Assembly: GCA_951406725.2 (NCBI GenBank)
Contig: OX597820.1
Span: forward strand, 46,748,001-46,812,000
Reading direction: 5' to 3'
DNA length: 64,000 nt
DNA from: Octopus vulgaris
Taxonomy: Eukaryota
In this document: positions 25,859 through 37,356 of the stretch, piece after piece
How the letters are laid out: each line of letters begins with the position of its first letter
How positions within the stretch are numbered: the stretch's first letter is position 1
The notes under the pieces: model-generated
Told to the model about the DNA's origin: nothing
Database searches by the model: none
Seen by the model: the letters and a program-made list of their open reading frames with translations, nothing else
Made by a program: the position numbers and the translations under genes

Positions 25859-25939
25859 ATATGTATATATACATGTATACATACATATATATATATACAC
25901 ACACACATGTATATATATATATATGATGATGATGATATA

Positions 25940-26822
25940 TCTACTAATATGTGGAAATCGGTGGGTGTGTTTGTTTGTGGTATTGTTATCCAACTCCTCC
26001 TACATTGTTTTATCGATTTTGATGAAACTTGACACGTGAGTAGAACTCATGTCTGGAAAACTAGTGACATACTTAGATTGTTGAGAAAATCAACAATACG
26101 GCCCCCTGGAAGGGATTCTTATATCTACTACATATAACTAATAGCCCATTCACTCCTGAAAGGATCCTTATATATAGCCAACGGACATCACCCATTCATA
26201 TTCGTAAATTATTTCATATAAATCAAATTGAATGTGCTTATTTCTTTGCATTCGAACTATTTGAGTTATTTTTGCAATTTATCCAGTACAACACTTAAAC
26301 AAGTAAATAGTATTTTCCTAAACAATAGATCCACTTATTTCGGTTAGTGACTTATTCACAAATATACTAACACTAGCACTGCTGAGGGTAATATTCTCTG
26401 TGAACGCACAAAAGCTGTTTCCAGAGTTATTTACTTTGAATTGCTATCTCATATCAGATTAGTCTGTTATTTCGTAACCTGCTTCATGATTTTAGTATAC
26501 ATACTTTATTAGTATTTCTACTAAGTTCTCTGGGAACGTATTAAAGCCCTTTTCGGGGCTACTTTATTTGAATTTTTACTATAGGGTAATTAATTTCATG
26601 TTATTACATAACTGGCTTCAAAATTTGGGTATTTATAACTTACTGGGAATTCCTAAAAACAAGATCCTGTGTAAGACAGTTCAGTATTCTCAATAAATGC
26701 ACAAAAACCATTTTAAGGGCTACATACTTTGCAATGTTTTTACTGGATTAGTGAAACAATTATGAGAACAGAACCAAGGGATAAGCCCCACTTTCCTGGG
26801 AATTACTGGGTATGTCAGCTAG
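25940..26822 (+). mobile_element. Non-autonomous Helitron
   Basis: A|TCTACTAATAT 5' end and CTAG|T 3' end preceded by a decayed hairpin cctgggaattactgggta; inserted in an AT context, no TSD. Confidence 0.65.
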
Positions 26823-26966
26823 TATATATATATGACTGAAACAAGTAAAAAATAAAAGATGAAGGACTGAATGATAGTGAATGTGGAGAACTATATGGTG
26901 TGTGATTATATGGCAATAACTATAAAATCAATGTGAATGATTGTGATGCCTGGTAGTGAAACATGT

Positions 26967-27328
26967 ACAAGAGCACTCAGAGCACCAAGGCAACATCAAC
27001 ATCCTCTAAATGATTAGCCGGAGATAATTTTTAAACTGAGAATATCTTAAATAAACTCGACTGCTCTCACAGACAAGAATACTAAAAATGAACCCGACCA
27101 CTCTCAAAAATTAAGTAAAAAAAAAAAAAACAAGAAAAATAATCCAGAATCCTTGTCTGGTACCAGATTGATCCAAAAATCTAATCAGTTCATGTCAGTC
27201 ACGAGGCCAACCAACCTAGAAAGTTTCACCTGAATCTATCCAGCGGTTCTTGAGATATCTTGTCCACAGACAAATAAGTAAACACAACTGAAAACAATAC
27301 CTCCGCCTTCGCTAAGGTGGAGGTAATA
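26967..27328 (-). mobile_element. Helentron-associated (HINE/DINE-like) non-autonomous element
   Basis: Terminal stem-loop tacctccgcctt cgct aaggtggaggta next to a T-run on the minus strand; other end ccttggtgctctgagtgctcttgt. Confidence 0.5.
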
Positions 27329-27515
27329 AATGTAAAAAGTATGACATGTGGTAGATGAATACTGGAAAGAAGACAATACCATACAAATATGCGATTAGAT
27401 GATACATTGATTGGAGATGAAAATTTTAATGATTTTTTGTTCTTTTCTTTCATTAATGACTTAGAAGAGGAAAAGCAGCATTTATGACCATTTTCAGAGC
27501 CCTCATAAACTAGTA

Positions 27516-28733
27516 TTAGGTTGTTCCAAAAATAATGACCGATTTCAGAAATGTAATTTTATTCTGGAAAAATTAATAAAAATGTTTTGATTAGTGAAAG
27601 TATGAGCCATGAACACCTATGCATCTCTGCCATCAGTCAACAAGATTATTTATGCCTGTTGATAAAAACTTATTGGCTTTGATGCTAAGAAATCTTTGAA
27701 AGCTGATTCCACCTCTGGTTTGGACCTGAAAGTTTCATCACTTAAAAACGTGTTTAAATGCTTTAAGAAAATGGTAGTCAGTGGGTGAAAGATCAGGAGA
27801 ATATGGATGATGTGGTATGGTAAAGTCTTGTATCCCAAGTCTGTGAGTTTCTGCAGCATTATTCTTGCAACATGTGGCTTTGCATTATCATGGAGCAGAA
27901 TTGGGCCATACCGATTCACCAATGCAGGTTTCATTTTTTGCAAGTGAGCATGCATTTCAGCAAGTTATTTGCAGTAAACCTCTGCTGTAATACTCTGATT
28001 GGCTTCCAGAAAGCTGTAATAGACAACACCAATTGCGGACCACCAGACAGTCACCATAATCCTTTGCTGATGCAACTTTGGCTGTGGGAAATGTTCGGGG
28101 GACTCATCATGATCAAACCATTAACCTGATCATTTATGGTTATCAAAAAGGATCCACTTTTCTTCACAAGTGAATATTCGGTAAAGAAAAGGATCATTAG
28201 TATTTTGCAGAAAGAGCATCGAGCACACTCCAAAATGCCAAACTTTTTGATTTTCATTGAGCGGTATCCATTTATTGAGCTTTTTCACCTTACCAATCTT
28301 CTGCAGATTGCATGAGACTGTTGCAATACCAACACCAAGTGCCTGAGACATTTCTCTGACACTTTGACATGGGTTTTGTTCAACGATTGCTTTCAATTGT
28401 TCATTGTCAAGACTTCATGACTGTCTTCTACCTTCTTCATCTTCAAGGCTCTCATCACTACTATGGAATTTCTGAAACCACCTTCATACTGTTCAATCAC
28501 AGCTTGAGCTCATGCAAGAAAAGTAAGCAAAAGTCCTTTTTTGTCATGTTCATAGTTACTTGAGGCCTATGCTTCAAGAATGTTTTCTGTTTGAAATAAG
28601 TAGAAAATTATTAAAGAGCATACATCAATTATTAAGTATGTCAAAATTCATCTAAAATATAATTAAAGACGATGATAAAATTGTGTTTCAAAACACAACA
28701 CTTAGAGCGGCCATTATTTTCAGAACAACCTAA
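27516..28733 (-). mobile_element. Full-length decayed mariner (DD34D-type, Hsmar1-like termini)
   Basis: TIRs ttaggttgttccaaaaataatgacc / ggccattattttcagaacaacctaa with TA TSDs; ORF pieces KKLNKWIP, IFTCEEKWILFDNHK, PILLHDNAKPHVAR. Confidence 0.92.
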
Positions 28734-30574
28734 TAGAAGCCAGTTCTTTTCAGACAAGAGACCCAGCTCCTGTACTTGCATCAGAAAGGACTCTGCTAAA
28801 AGACATACAAGGGGCAGTTTAAAGCAGGCAACAGATTAAGTCTACCAGACAATAAAAGACAATTAAGGACTGAAGGATACAGTCAGATTACAAATGAATT
28901 TATTAAGTTTTACACATGATTGTATGTTAGTACCTCTTTACCTGCCTGTTTGTCTGTCTGTACATATGTACCTGCGTATGCATGTGACTATAACATTATA
29001 AAGACATTTATCCTTTTGTGACTTACTTAGATCTGACAGGAGTCCTTGAACTCATGCAGCCAAAGCTTAATCTGGTTTCTATGGTGTTTAAGTGACAGAG
29101 ATTACAAAACTCCCCACTGAATGGGACACCAATCCATCACAGGGGTTAACTTTCCAGTTATCTGCAGGAGTTCATCTGCAACTGAGTGGACTGGGGCATC
29201 ATGGAATTAAGTGCTTTATTCAAGAACACAATACTACATCCTGTCTGGGAATCAAAATTGCAATTGTAACTTTCAGGTCAGGTGCCTTCACTACCCTTTT
29301 GTGACCATATTCTTAATGGAATACACTAATTTTATGTTTCAGTTAATATTGGTTTCAAATTTTGGGGGAGGAGACTAGTTAATTATACCGACCCCAGGGT
29401 CCAACCAGAACTTATTTTAAAGTCACCCTTGGTAGAATTTGGACTCAGAACATAAAGATAGACAAAATGCCACTAAAGCATTTTGCCAGGCATGCTAACA
29501 ATTCTGCCAGTTTACTGCTCTATATGTTTCAATTAGTATTGAAAACGACCAAGAAATAGCTAGATTTAGTAAAACAAGTTTGTTGTTAATAAGCTCAAGG
29601 TTGGAGGATAACCTGAAAATAGACTCTTAAGATGAAGGAGGGTGTATATTTAAACTATGAATTCTTTATAATGCTTTTGATTTCAGAACAGGGTCAGTAA
29701 TTTTTAAGAGAAGGTTAGTTAATACTATCAACCCCAGTACTTGATTTGTACTTTATTTTATTGACCATGGAAAAGATGACTGTGGTAGGAATTGAACTCA
29801 GAACATAAAGAGTTGAAAGAAATCATTTTGTTCAATGTACTAGCAATTCTGCTACAGCATCATTCAGATTACTTTGTTGAATGTGTGATGCATTATCTCG
29901 CTGCTTTAAAATTCCAATGATTTGATATTTCTTTAGAATGACATTACTGGGTAGGTGTAAGAGGCTGGATCTGGCTAGTTTGAACATGAAATAAATAGAA
30001 TATTTGGGTTGGATATGAATGGTTTAAATGCATAAAATCTGAGGCATTTGCTGTGGAATAGCAAGCACTAAAAAGGTTAAATCTGTTCTCATTCTTTCCT
30101 TCCCACTTTCTTTCTCTCAGCTCATCTCTAACAAACGTGGTGAATACATGGTATGCCTATTAGTAGAGTCTAGTCATTAATATAGCAAACCAGATGTCTA
30201 CCTTAATTAAAAGGTTTACATGGTGATGAGTGGCAGAATCAGTGAAGCATAAAACTAAATATCTTAAGCGTACTTTGTTACATAACTTCATAGCCTGGAT
30301 TCAAATACCATTAAGATAAACTTTGTCTTAGATTCTTTGGAAGCTGATAAAAGTAAAAAACATCAGTAATATACAGGTATTTATCAATATTTCTGTCTAA
30401 TGAGCTAGTTGTTTGTGTTGTCTAATCATCACTCAAGTGAGAGATTTATAAATTTGTATATAAATGTTTGCAAATAGGGCAATGGTATACACATACATAC
30501 AGATATATCTTTTATCGGATCGCCTTATCGGCAATCTTTCGTCTCTAGATCGCCCTTTTATCTTTTTTTTTTTC

Positions 30575-30821
30575 ACTTTTTACTTGCTTCAGTCATTAGA
30601 CTGTGACCATGCTGGGGCACTGCTTTGAAGAATTTTAATTGAATGAATCAGCCCCCCACCCAGTACTTCTGGTACTTATTCTATCAGTCACTTTTGCCAA
30701 ACCTCTAAATTACAGGGACGTAAACAAAACAACACCAGTTGTTAAGCAGTGGTGGGGGACAAACACAGACACAAAGATACACAGATATATACATATTCAT
30801 ATTCATATACATACGTACATA

Positions 30822-30883
<62 letters not shown>

Positions 30884-31000
30884 ACAATCCTCTTTCAGTT
30901 CCTATTTACCGAATCAATTCACAAGGCTTTGGCTGGCCCAAAGGTGCAGTGGGGTTGGACGTGGAACCATGTGGTTGCCAAGCAAATTTTTTTACCTCAC
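30575..31000 (-). mobile_element. Diverged SINE family B with a TA expansion
   Basis: cagtcattagactgtgaccatgctggggcac ... ggtacttattctatcagtc ... ggaaccatgtggttgccaagc. Confidence 0.7.
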
Positions 31001-31445
31001 AGGCAGAGAGAAAGAATATGATTGAAAAGTGGGACTCAGATCAATGGAAATAAATGAACGTGTACACGCAGACAGACAGATAGGCTTTGAAGCAAAATAT
31101 AGATGTGCACAACATGTTGGTAGTTACCTGTTTGCCCAAAAAGATGAAATGTGTGTGTGTGTGCTTTTGTATGTATGCATGTATGTATGTATGTATGTGT
31201 GTATGTGTAAGGGGTGTATGGATGGATGGATGGATGGATGGATGGAATTGAATGGTGTTGTCTATTTTCACACAATGTCATACAGACTTTGCATGGAATG
31301 CAGTCAATTACACCTTAATTCATTAAGCAGGTAATTCAGCTGCTCAGACATCTGAATTCTCATCACTCTTTCTCTCTCTCTCTCTCGATACACACACATA
31401 AACACACACACACATACACACATACATAGATAAGGCTTCAAGATA

Positions 31446-31669
31446 CGAAGGAGTGCTGAAAAGTCCCTGGCATTAAGGGGGTCGCAAAAGGCTTGTTTGG
31501 AGGCCCAACCTTACGAGTTCTTTTACAGGACTTAGAAAAAACTGAAGGACACACGCATTGCAGCAGTCCTTCAGTTTTTCTAAGCCCTGTAAAAGAACTC
31601 GGAATGTTGGGCCTCCAACCAGACCTTTCGCGACCCCTTTAATGGCAGGGACTTTTCAGCATCCCATCG
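31446..31669. mobile_element. Fold-back mariner-type MITE (about 105-bp arms)
   Basis: ta-cgaaggagtgctgaaaagtccctg...aaaaactgaaggac [spacer] gtccttcagtttttc...cagggacttttcagcatcccatcg. Confidence 0.85.
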
Positions 31670-31828
31670 AATGTATGTATGTATGTATGTATGTATGTAT
31701 GTATGTATGTATGTGTGTGTGTGTATGTGTGTGTATGTATGTATGTATGTATGTATGTATGTATGTATGTATGCATGCATGTATGTATGTATGTATGTAT
31801 GTATGCATGTATGTATGCATGCATGTAT
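31670..31828. repeat. (TATG)n microsatellite
   Basis: Direct reading. Confidence 0.95.
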
Positions 31829-32414
31829 CGACGGATGGACGTCAGGGATAGGTCGCCTACATACGTTGGAATTTCTCTGTTTTGACAGGGATTTTTCAAA
31901 TTTTTTTCTCCCGATACCCTTGGAAATGATGGTGGGGGGAGACATCTTTTTAGCAAAAAATTTTCGAGGAATAATGACTTTTTTTTTTTTTTAATACATA
32001 AACACGCACATACACATCCCATAAATATTCATGCCCACACACAATTATACATACTAACATTACCACAAAGGACGTATCAACAACCGGTGCCATTTCAGAG
32101 TGTACAAGAATATCAAATTTTGAAAGCTTACCAAATTCCTGTTCCTCCTCGCCATGGTTCTTTGTGAGTTGCCTTGGACCATACTCATTCTGCTAGTTTC
32201 ACAACTTTCACTTTGCTAGAGCGACTAAGTGAATACCAAAATCTCGACATAGATTTAGATTTAGGAACCGACATAGCATACTCGATATCATTCGATATTA
32301 TTATATCGTCAATTATAAGTAAGGTCCTCTACTGGGTTTCATGTTGAAATATTACAAAGCACAAGTACGTTTGGTTTTTACAAACGAGATAATGAGAACC
32401 CGATATGTGAAGCG

Positions 32415-32445
<31 letters not shown>

Positions 32446-33029
32446 CTCCTTCTAAGTTAAAGAAACATTGTCATGCATATATGTGTGTGTTTATGTAAGA
32501 GTGTGGGTATATTGAGAGATGTATGGTTAATTTGCAATTATAAATCAAGGTAATAAAACCGCTCAGTGTAGGTGTAAATAGCTAAGTATTTATGAGTCTG
32601 CGTGCGTTTGTGTGTGTGTGTGTGTGTGATTGTGCGTGTATGTGTGTGTGTGTGTGTGTCTGTATGTGTGTGTGTGTGTGTGTGTTGTGTGTGTTGCGTG
32701 TGTATTTGTGTGAATATATACAAGTGCGTGCGTATTCAAACAATTTATGCCCAATTTATATCTGATCAAATTCTAATAACGCGTGTATATAATCCATATG
32801 AAAAAAAATGATCAAGTGCACGAGAGTGTGTGTGTGTAGAGGGGTGTTTGTGTGTGTGCTTGTGTAATGTATGTATCATTTGAGAGCAATTAAAATGATA
32901 TTTATCCAGCAAAACAATTCTTTATAGCCATATTCGATTTGTTTTTTACTTGGATTAAGTTTTATACATACATGTGGACATGTGTATTTGTGTGTCTATC
33001 TGCGCGTATGAGTGAATGTGAGTGCGATA

Positions 33030-33192
33030 GTATAAAGAGGGTGTAGAACGGAGCGTATGCCATTGCTAAGCAACGCTCACTTCCTCTGCAGCCTGACTTC
33101 CCCCTCTTCACCCTTCACCCTGCCCGCCTTGACCACCGCTTGCACGGTGGGCCGGTCTTCACACTTCAACGACGTCGGCGACGGTGGTAAGA
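33030..33192 (+). promoter_or_regulatory. Candidate promoter and first exon: TATA-like, RFX X-box-like, CpG-rich, splice donor
   Basis: tataaagag near 33030; cattgctaagcaacg at 33061-33075; GC/CpG-rich non-repeat segment ending gacggtg|gtaaga at 33186. Confidence 0.35.
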
Positions 33193-33878
33193 CAGGTATG
33201 AAACAAGTAACGGATATGTGGCGAGGGGTAGTGAGAGGAACGGAGGAGCTAGGGTGTGAGTATTGTAAGAGAGAGAGAGATATGTATAGAAAGGAAAATG
33301 TAATGAGAGAGGGAGAAGAGAGACATAGCAGGGAAATGTGAAAGAATGAGAGAGAGTGGGTTGACTGATACAGAACGAAAGGTTTAGAGTGTAAGAGAAC
33401 TATATAAAAGTACTAAGTCGAAATAGAGTGTGATTTGGGAAAGGAGAGGAGAATAAGAAAAGAAAAAGGCATGAGAAAAGGTTGGTTGGGTAAAGATGTA
33501 AAATAGATGAAGTGGAAATTAATGGAAGTATATGTAGTGGATCTTGCATGCATGAAGTGGATTCGATCCACCATAGCCAAATTTAAATTAACACTTTTAT
33601 CGTCACAACTGTTGACTCCGACATTTCATAATATTGTTTACAAATCAATCTTACCCGTTACATATATATAAATTAAAGAGTGATGTACTAAATACTCGCA
33701 TCTTGTCTTGTATGTATCCACATGTGACACACATCATATAAATTCTTGGTGTCCATGCATCATATACGATACAGCGACTAACTTGTTACGAAAGGAACAT
33801 CAGATATTTCTCAGAACGTATGAAATAAGAGCTAACTAAAAGTCTGGAAATATTCATAGACTTTTAAAGACAGACTTG

Positions 33879-34295
33879 GGATCTTTTCGGTTTGAACGGC
33901 AGTTTTTTCTAGTGGTGTCATATGAAATTGTCACCCATAATTATGGCCCTAGTATCGTTCTATTGCATTTCAATCTGTTTAGGGTTAGGGTTAGGGGTGG
34001 GGGGAAAGGTATCTTTTTTTTGTTCAGAAATGTAAATAAACCCAATCTGTTTCTTAAACGAGGGACATATTCATGCGGCACAGAATGTTTTCAACTCAAT
34101 AGACGTCATTGATTGGTTGAAATTGCAGAAATTGAAGGAAAAAAACAACAAATATCTTACAAACTTTAGAATTTTCTCAATAAAGCCAAGAGAAAAAGAT
34201 GTTTTATAAACACATTCTACCAGTATACGAAGTTTAAAAGTGTTTAGTTACGTGGAAATTATTTTTAAAAACTGCCGTTCAAACCGAAAAGATCA
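33879..34295. mobile_element. Merlin-like MITE with internal TTAGGG repeats
   Basis: TIR ggatcttttcggtttgaacggcagttttt / aaaaactgccgttcaaaccgaaaagatca; perfect 8-bp TSD cagacttg; ttagggttagggttagggg at about 33979-33997. Confidence 0.85.
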
Positions 34296-34479
34296 CAGAC
34301 TTGTGAAAATGCTTTGGACAGAGTAAATTGAAATTGAGAAAGAACGTAATTTACAATATCAAACGCTCAGAAGAAAGCAGAACGGAAATCAGTAGATATT
34401 ACTGTTAAAATAAAGGCACATGCATTCCGTCAATTTTACATCATGCTTTGGTAAACTCATGTTCCCTTCTAAAATTTGT

Positions 34480-35420
34480 GAAAAACCCCATGGCACTCAA
34501 AGCATTATCGCGAGTGATTGAGAGGATGAGGCGCTAAAACAACCAGGCAGTTTCCGAGTATAATCTGATACGCCAGTAAGACGGGACACAAATGAAGTTT
34601 AAAAATCTTGTCAGTGATCCACTTTCAACAACATCTCAAAAGCTACGGGTGGAAAATGTAATTTACCGACACTTTACAATATGCACTAACCCCCAACTAA
34701 ACTGCAGAATGAAGCACGTATGATGAAACAAACGAATCGGTTACGGTGCCTTTATTCCAGGGATAAGGAGAGTCCTTCGAGCCTTTACCATCATCCCTGG
34801 ACAGGCTCCAGAGTTGTAGGAATATTTATCCAGGCTAGAGTTCGTTTAATGATTAGGCTTATTTCATCATAGCGACCTTTGAGACCCACATTCAATCAAC
34901 GCGATAATTCCAAAAAGACCTCCGGAATCAAGGGGCTTACCACAATGACATCTCATTCCTCCGCATACATCATTTCCGACTCTAAGAGCGATGGCAATAT
35001 AGTACTCCTCCAAGCTGAGTAAGACACAAACGTTTATCACGAACAAAGCGTCAACCCACTCTCCAGAAAATATGACATTACCAGAAGGAAGGGAGCACTT
35101 TGATAAGATATCAAATACATTAAAATGAGACGGGTTCGATGAATGTCTAGGACCATACAAAGAATCTATCCGTACATATGTTTGTATGATATGGAATAAA
35201 AACAAACTAAGTGCAAAAGCTTGTCACTGTTGTGGTCCATTAGATGAATGCTAAATGTGTCCTATACAGATAGTGACAAACATTGAAATCCTTAGATGAT
35301 CGAAGCTTTTTAACAACATAAGGAGAGAAAAGGTTAGCTTCATTGGACACCTTATGAGATGATAATGACTTTAAGCACATAGTAACAAACCGAAACTGAA
35401 GGGAAGAAGTCGGTGGAGAC
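34480..35420 (-). pseudogene. Decayed CRE-like non-LTR retrotransposon (zinc knuckle plus restriction-like endonuclease region)
   Basis: SGEWVDAL...YIAIALRVGNDVCGGMRCHCGKPLDSGGLFG, then IIKRTLAWINIPTTLEP, RDDGK and PWNKG, matching the CRE-clade C-terminus. Confidence 0.7.
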
Positions 35421-35459
35421 AAAAGAAGATGATACTCTTTACGTCTCGGCTTCCAGCAA

Positions 35460-35846
35460 GACTTTTCTACTCTAGGTACAAAGCCCGAAATTTCGGTGGA
35501 GGGGACCAGTCGATTAGATCGACCCCAGTACGCTACAGGTACTTAATTTATCGATCCCGAAAGGATGAAAGGCAAAGTCGACCTCGGCGGAATTTGAACT
35601 CAGAACGTAACGGCAGACGAAATGCCTATTTCTTTACTATCTACAAGGGGCTAAACACAGAGAGGACAAACAAGGACGGACAAACGGATTAAGTCGATTA
35701 TATCGACCCCAGTGTGTAACTGGTACTTATTTAATCGACCCCGAAAGGATGAAAGGCAAAGTCGACCTCGGCGGAATTTGAACTCAGAACGTAACGGCAG
35801 ACGAAATACCGCCAGGCATGCTAACGTTTCTGCCAGCTCGCAGCCT
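35460..35846 (-). mobile_element. SINE family A dimer
   Basis: Two cores in tandem joined at gacgaaatgcc|tatttctttact. Confidence 0.85.
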
Positions 35847-35925
35847 TTCTGCAAGGCTGACCCAATACTCTGCTCGGTAGTGTTCGGATGAGGAGGACGT
35901 GAAAATCCACGATCACCGATGCAAC

Positions 35926-36010
35926 AAGAAGAAGAAGAAGAAGAAGAAGAAGAAGAAGAAGAAGAAGAAGAAGAAGAAGAAGAAGAAGAAGAAGAAGAAG
36001 AGGAGGAGGA
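35926..36010. repeat. (AAG)n trinucleotide repeat
   Basis: Direct reading, about 25 units followed by (AGG). Confidence 0.95.
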
Positions 36011-36074
36011 CTATCTAAAATATGTATATTTAGTGAAAAAAAAGAAATAGTTTCGCACCTGTCGAATGTTGGGT

Positions 36075-36460
36075 AATGACTGAAGAGTACGACGGTGATT
36101 ACAAGCGGCCGAAATGAGATTCCTAGGAAGGATCTCGAGAGGATATGTAACTCGGAGAGCAGCGAGTCTCTCCAGGTCGAGCCGCTACTTCTCCACATTG
36201 AGCGGTCATAGATCCGTTACTACAAACATGAGATTAGAATGTCGTAGAAAAGAATCGAGAAGCGGAATCTTCGAGCCGAGCCAACGGGTAGGAGGCCTAA
36301 GTGCAGACCAAGAACGACATGATTGAGTAATATCTGTAGTCTCGGTCACACTTGGAAATCCAGCCGGAAAGTCTTATGACCGTTGTTTCTGATATTTCAC
36401 TGCCTGAGGATTTTAACCCACGTGACCCTGCTTGGAATAGAGAAGATAGATGGATGGATT
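36075..36460 (+). mobile_element. RTE-type LINE 3' fragment
   Basis: LQAAEMRFL, EPLLLHIERS and PTGRRPKCRPRT motifs; gatggatgga tail. Confidence 0.65.
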
Positions 36461-36697
36461 CTGTTATTCTATTATTCTGTTACTTGTTTTAGTCATTTGA
36501 CTACGGCCATGCTGGAGCACCGCCTTAAAAGGTTTTTATTAGTCGTAGATATCGACCTCAGGACTTATTCTTTGTAAGCGTAATACTTATTCCATCGGTC
36601 CATTTTGCCGAACCGCTAAGTTATGGGGACGTAAATACACCAACATTGGTTGTCAAGCGATGATTAGAGGACAAACACAAAGACACACACACACATT

Positions 36698-36887
36698 CGC
36701 CATGATAGATCGCTAACCACTACACATTATTTTCTCTCCTTATTTCTTTTTGTGTTCCTTTCTGTGGAAGAGCGTAGGCTCGAAACGTTAAAGACTTTTC
36801 ACTTCCCAAGCGTTATACTAATAAATTTGTTTGCTGTCTACACCACCAGTCTTCGTCTTTTGTTGTTTTGTTTTTTTTAATTCTCCC

Positions 36888-36956
<69 letters not shown>
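36698..36956 (+). mobile_element. Penelope-type 3' fragment with a hammerhead-like motif, ending in (TA)n, inside a family B SINE
   Basis: cttt-CTGTGGA-a-gagc gtag gctc-GAAA-cgtt-aaag at 36758-36793; homologous to 6210-6395. Confidence 0.7.
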
Positions 36957-36959
<3 letters not shown>

Positions 36960-37356
36960 ACGAGCTTCGGAAAACATTCATTGAAATTGTTTAGTTAATG
37001 GAGAGGGATGATAAAGAGATGAATAGGAAATTCATAAAAGAAACGGTATGAGCAGGATACAAGATTAACAACGATTGGATTAGAAGTGAAGAATGGGAAA
37101 GAGAAGGTAGAGAGAGCAGGACCAAAGTGGAGGGAGATCAAGAAAAGAAGTATGGAGAGGGTAAAGAGATGAGAAAATAAAGAGTGAGGTTGAAGCCATA
37201 CCTTGAGAAAAATGGGAAAACGCCAGAAAATTCTAATCCAATTTACTTCGGCTCAGATTTTCTTCTCCTTACTGATTGAATCGACAGTTTTATTGATCAA
37301 TTTTAAGCAATGAAATTCGTATTGTTTTCACCAAGTTATTCGATGTAAATAAAATG

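Noticed and set aside
28754-28856. Possible terminal exon (ttcttttcag|acaagagac...taa, then aataaa)
   Set aside because: Directly beside a mariner insertion, no recognisable protein, and such signals are common by chance
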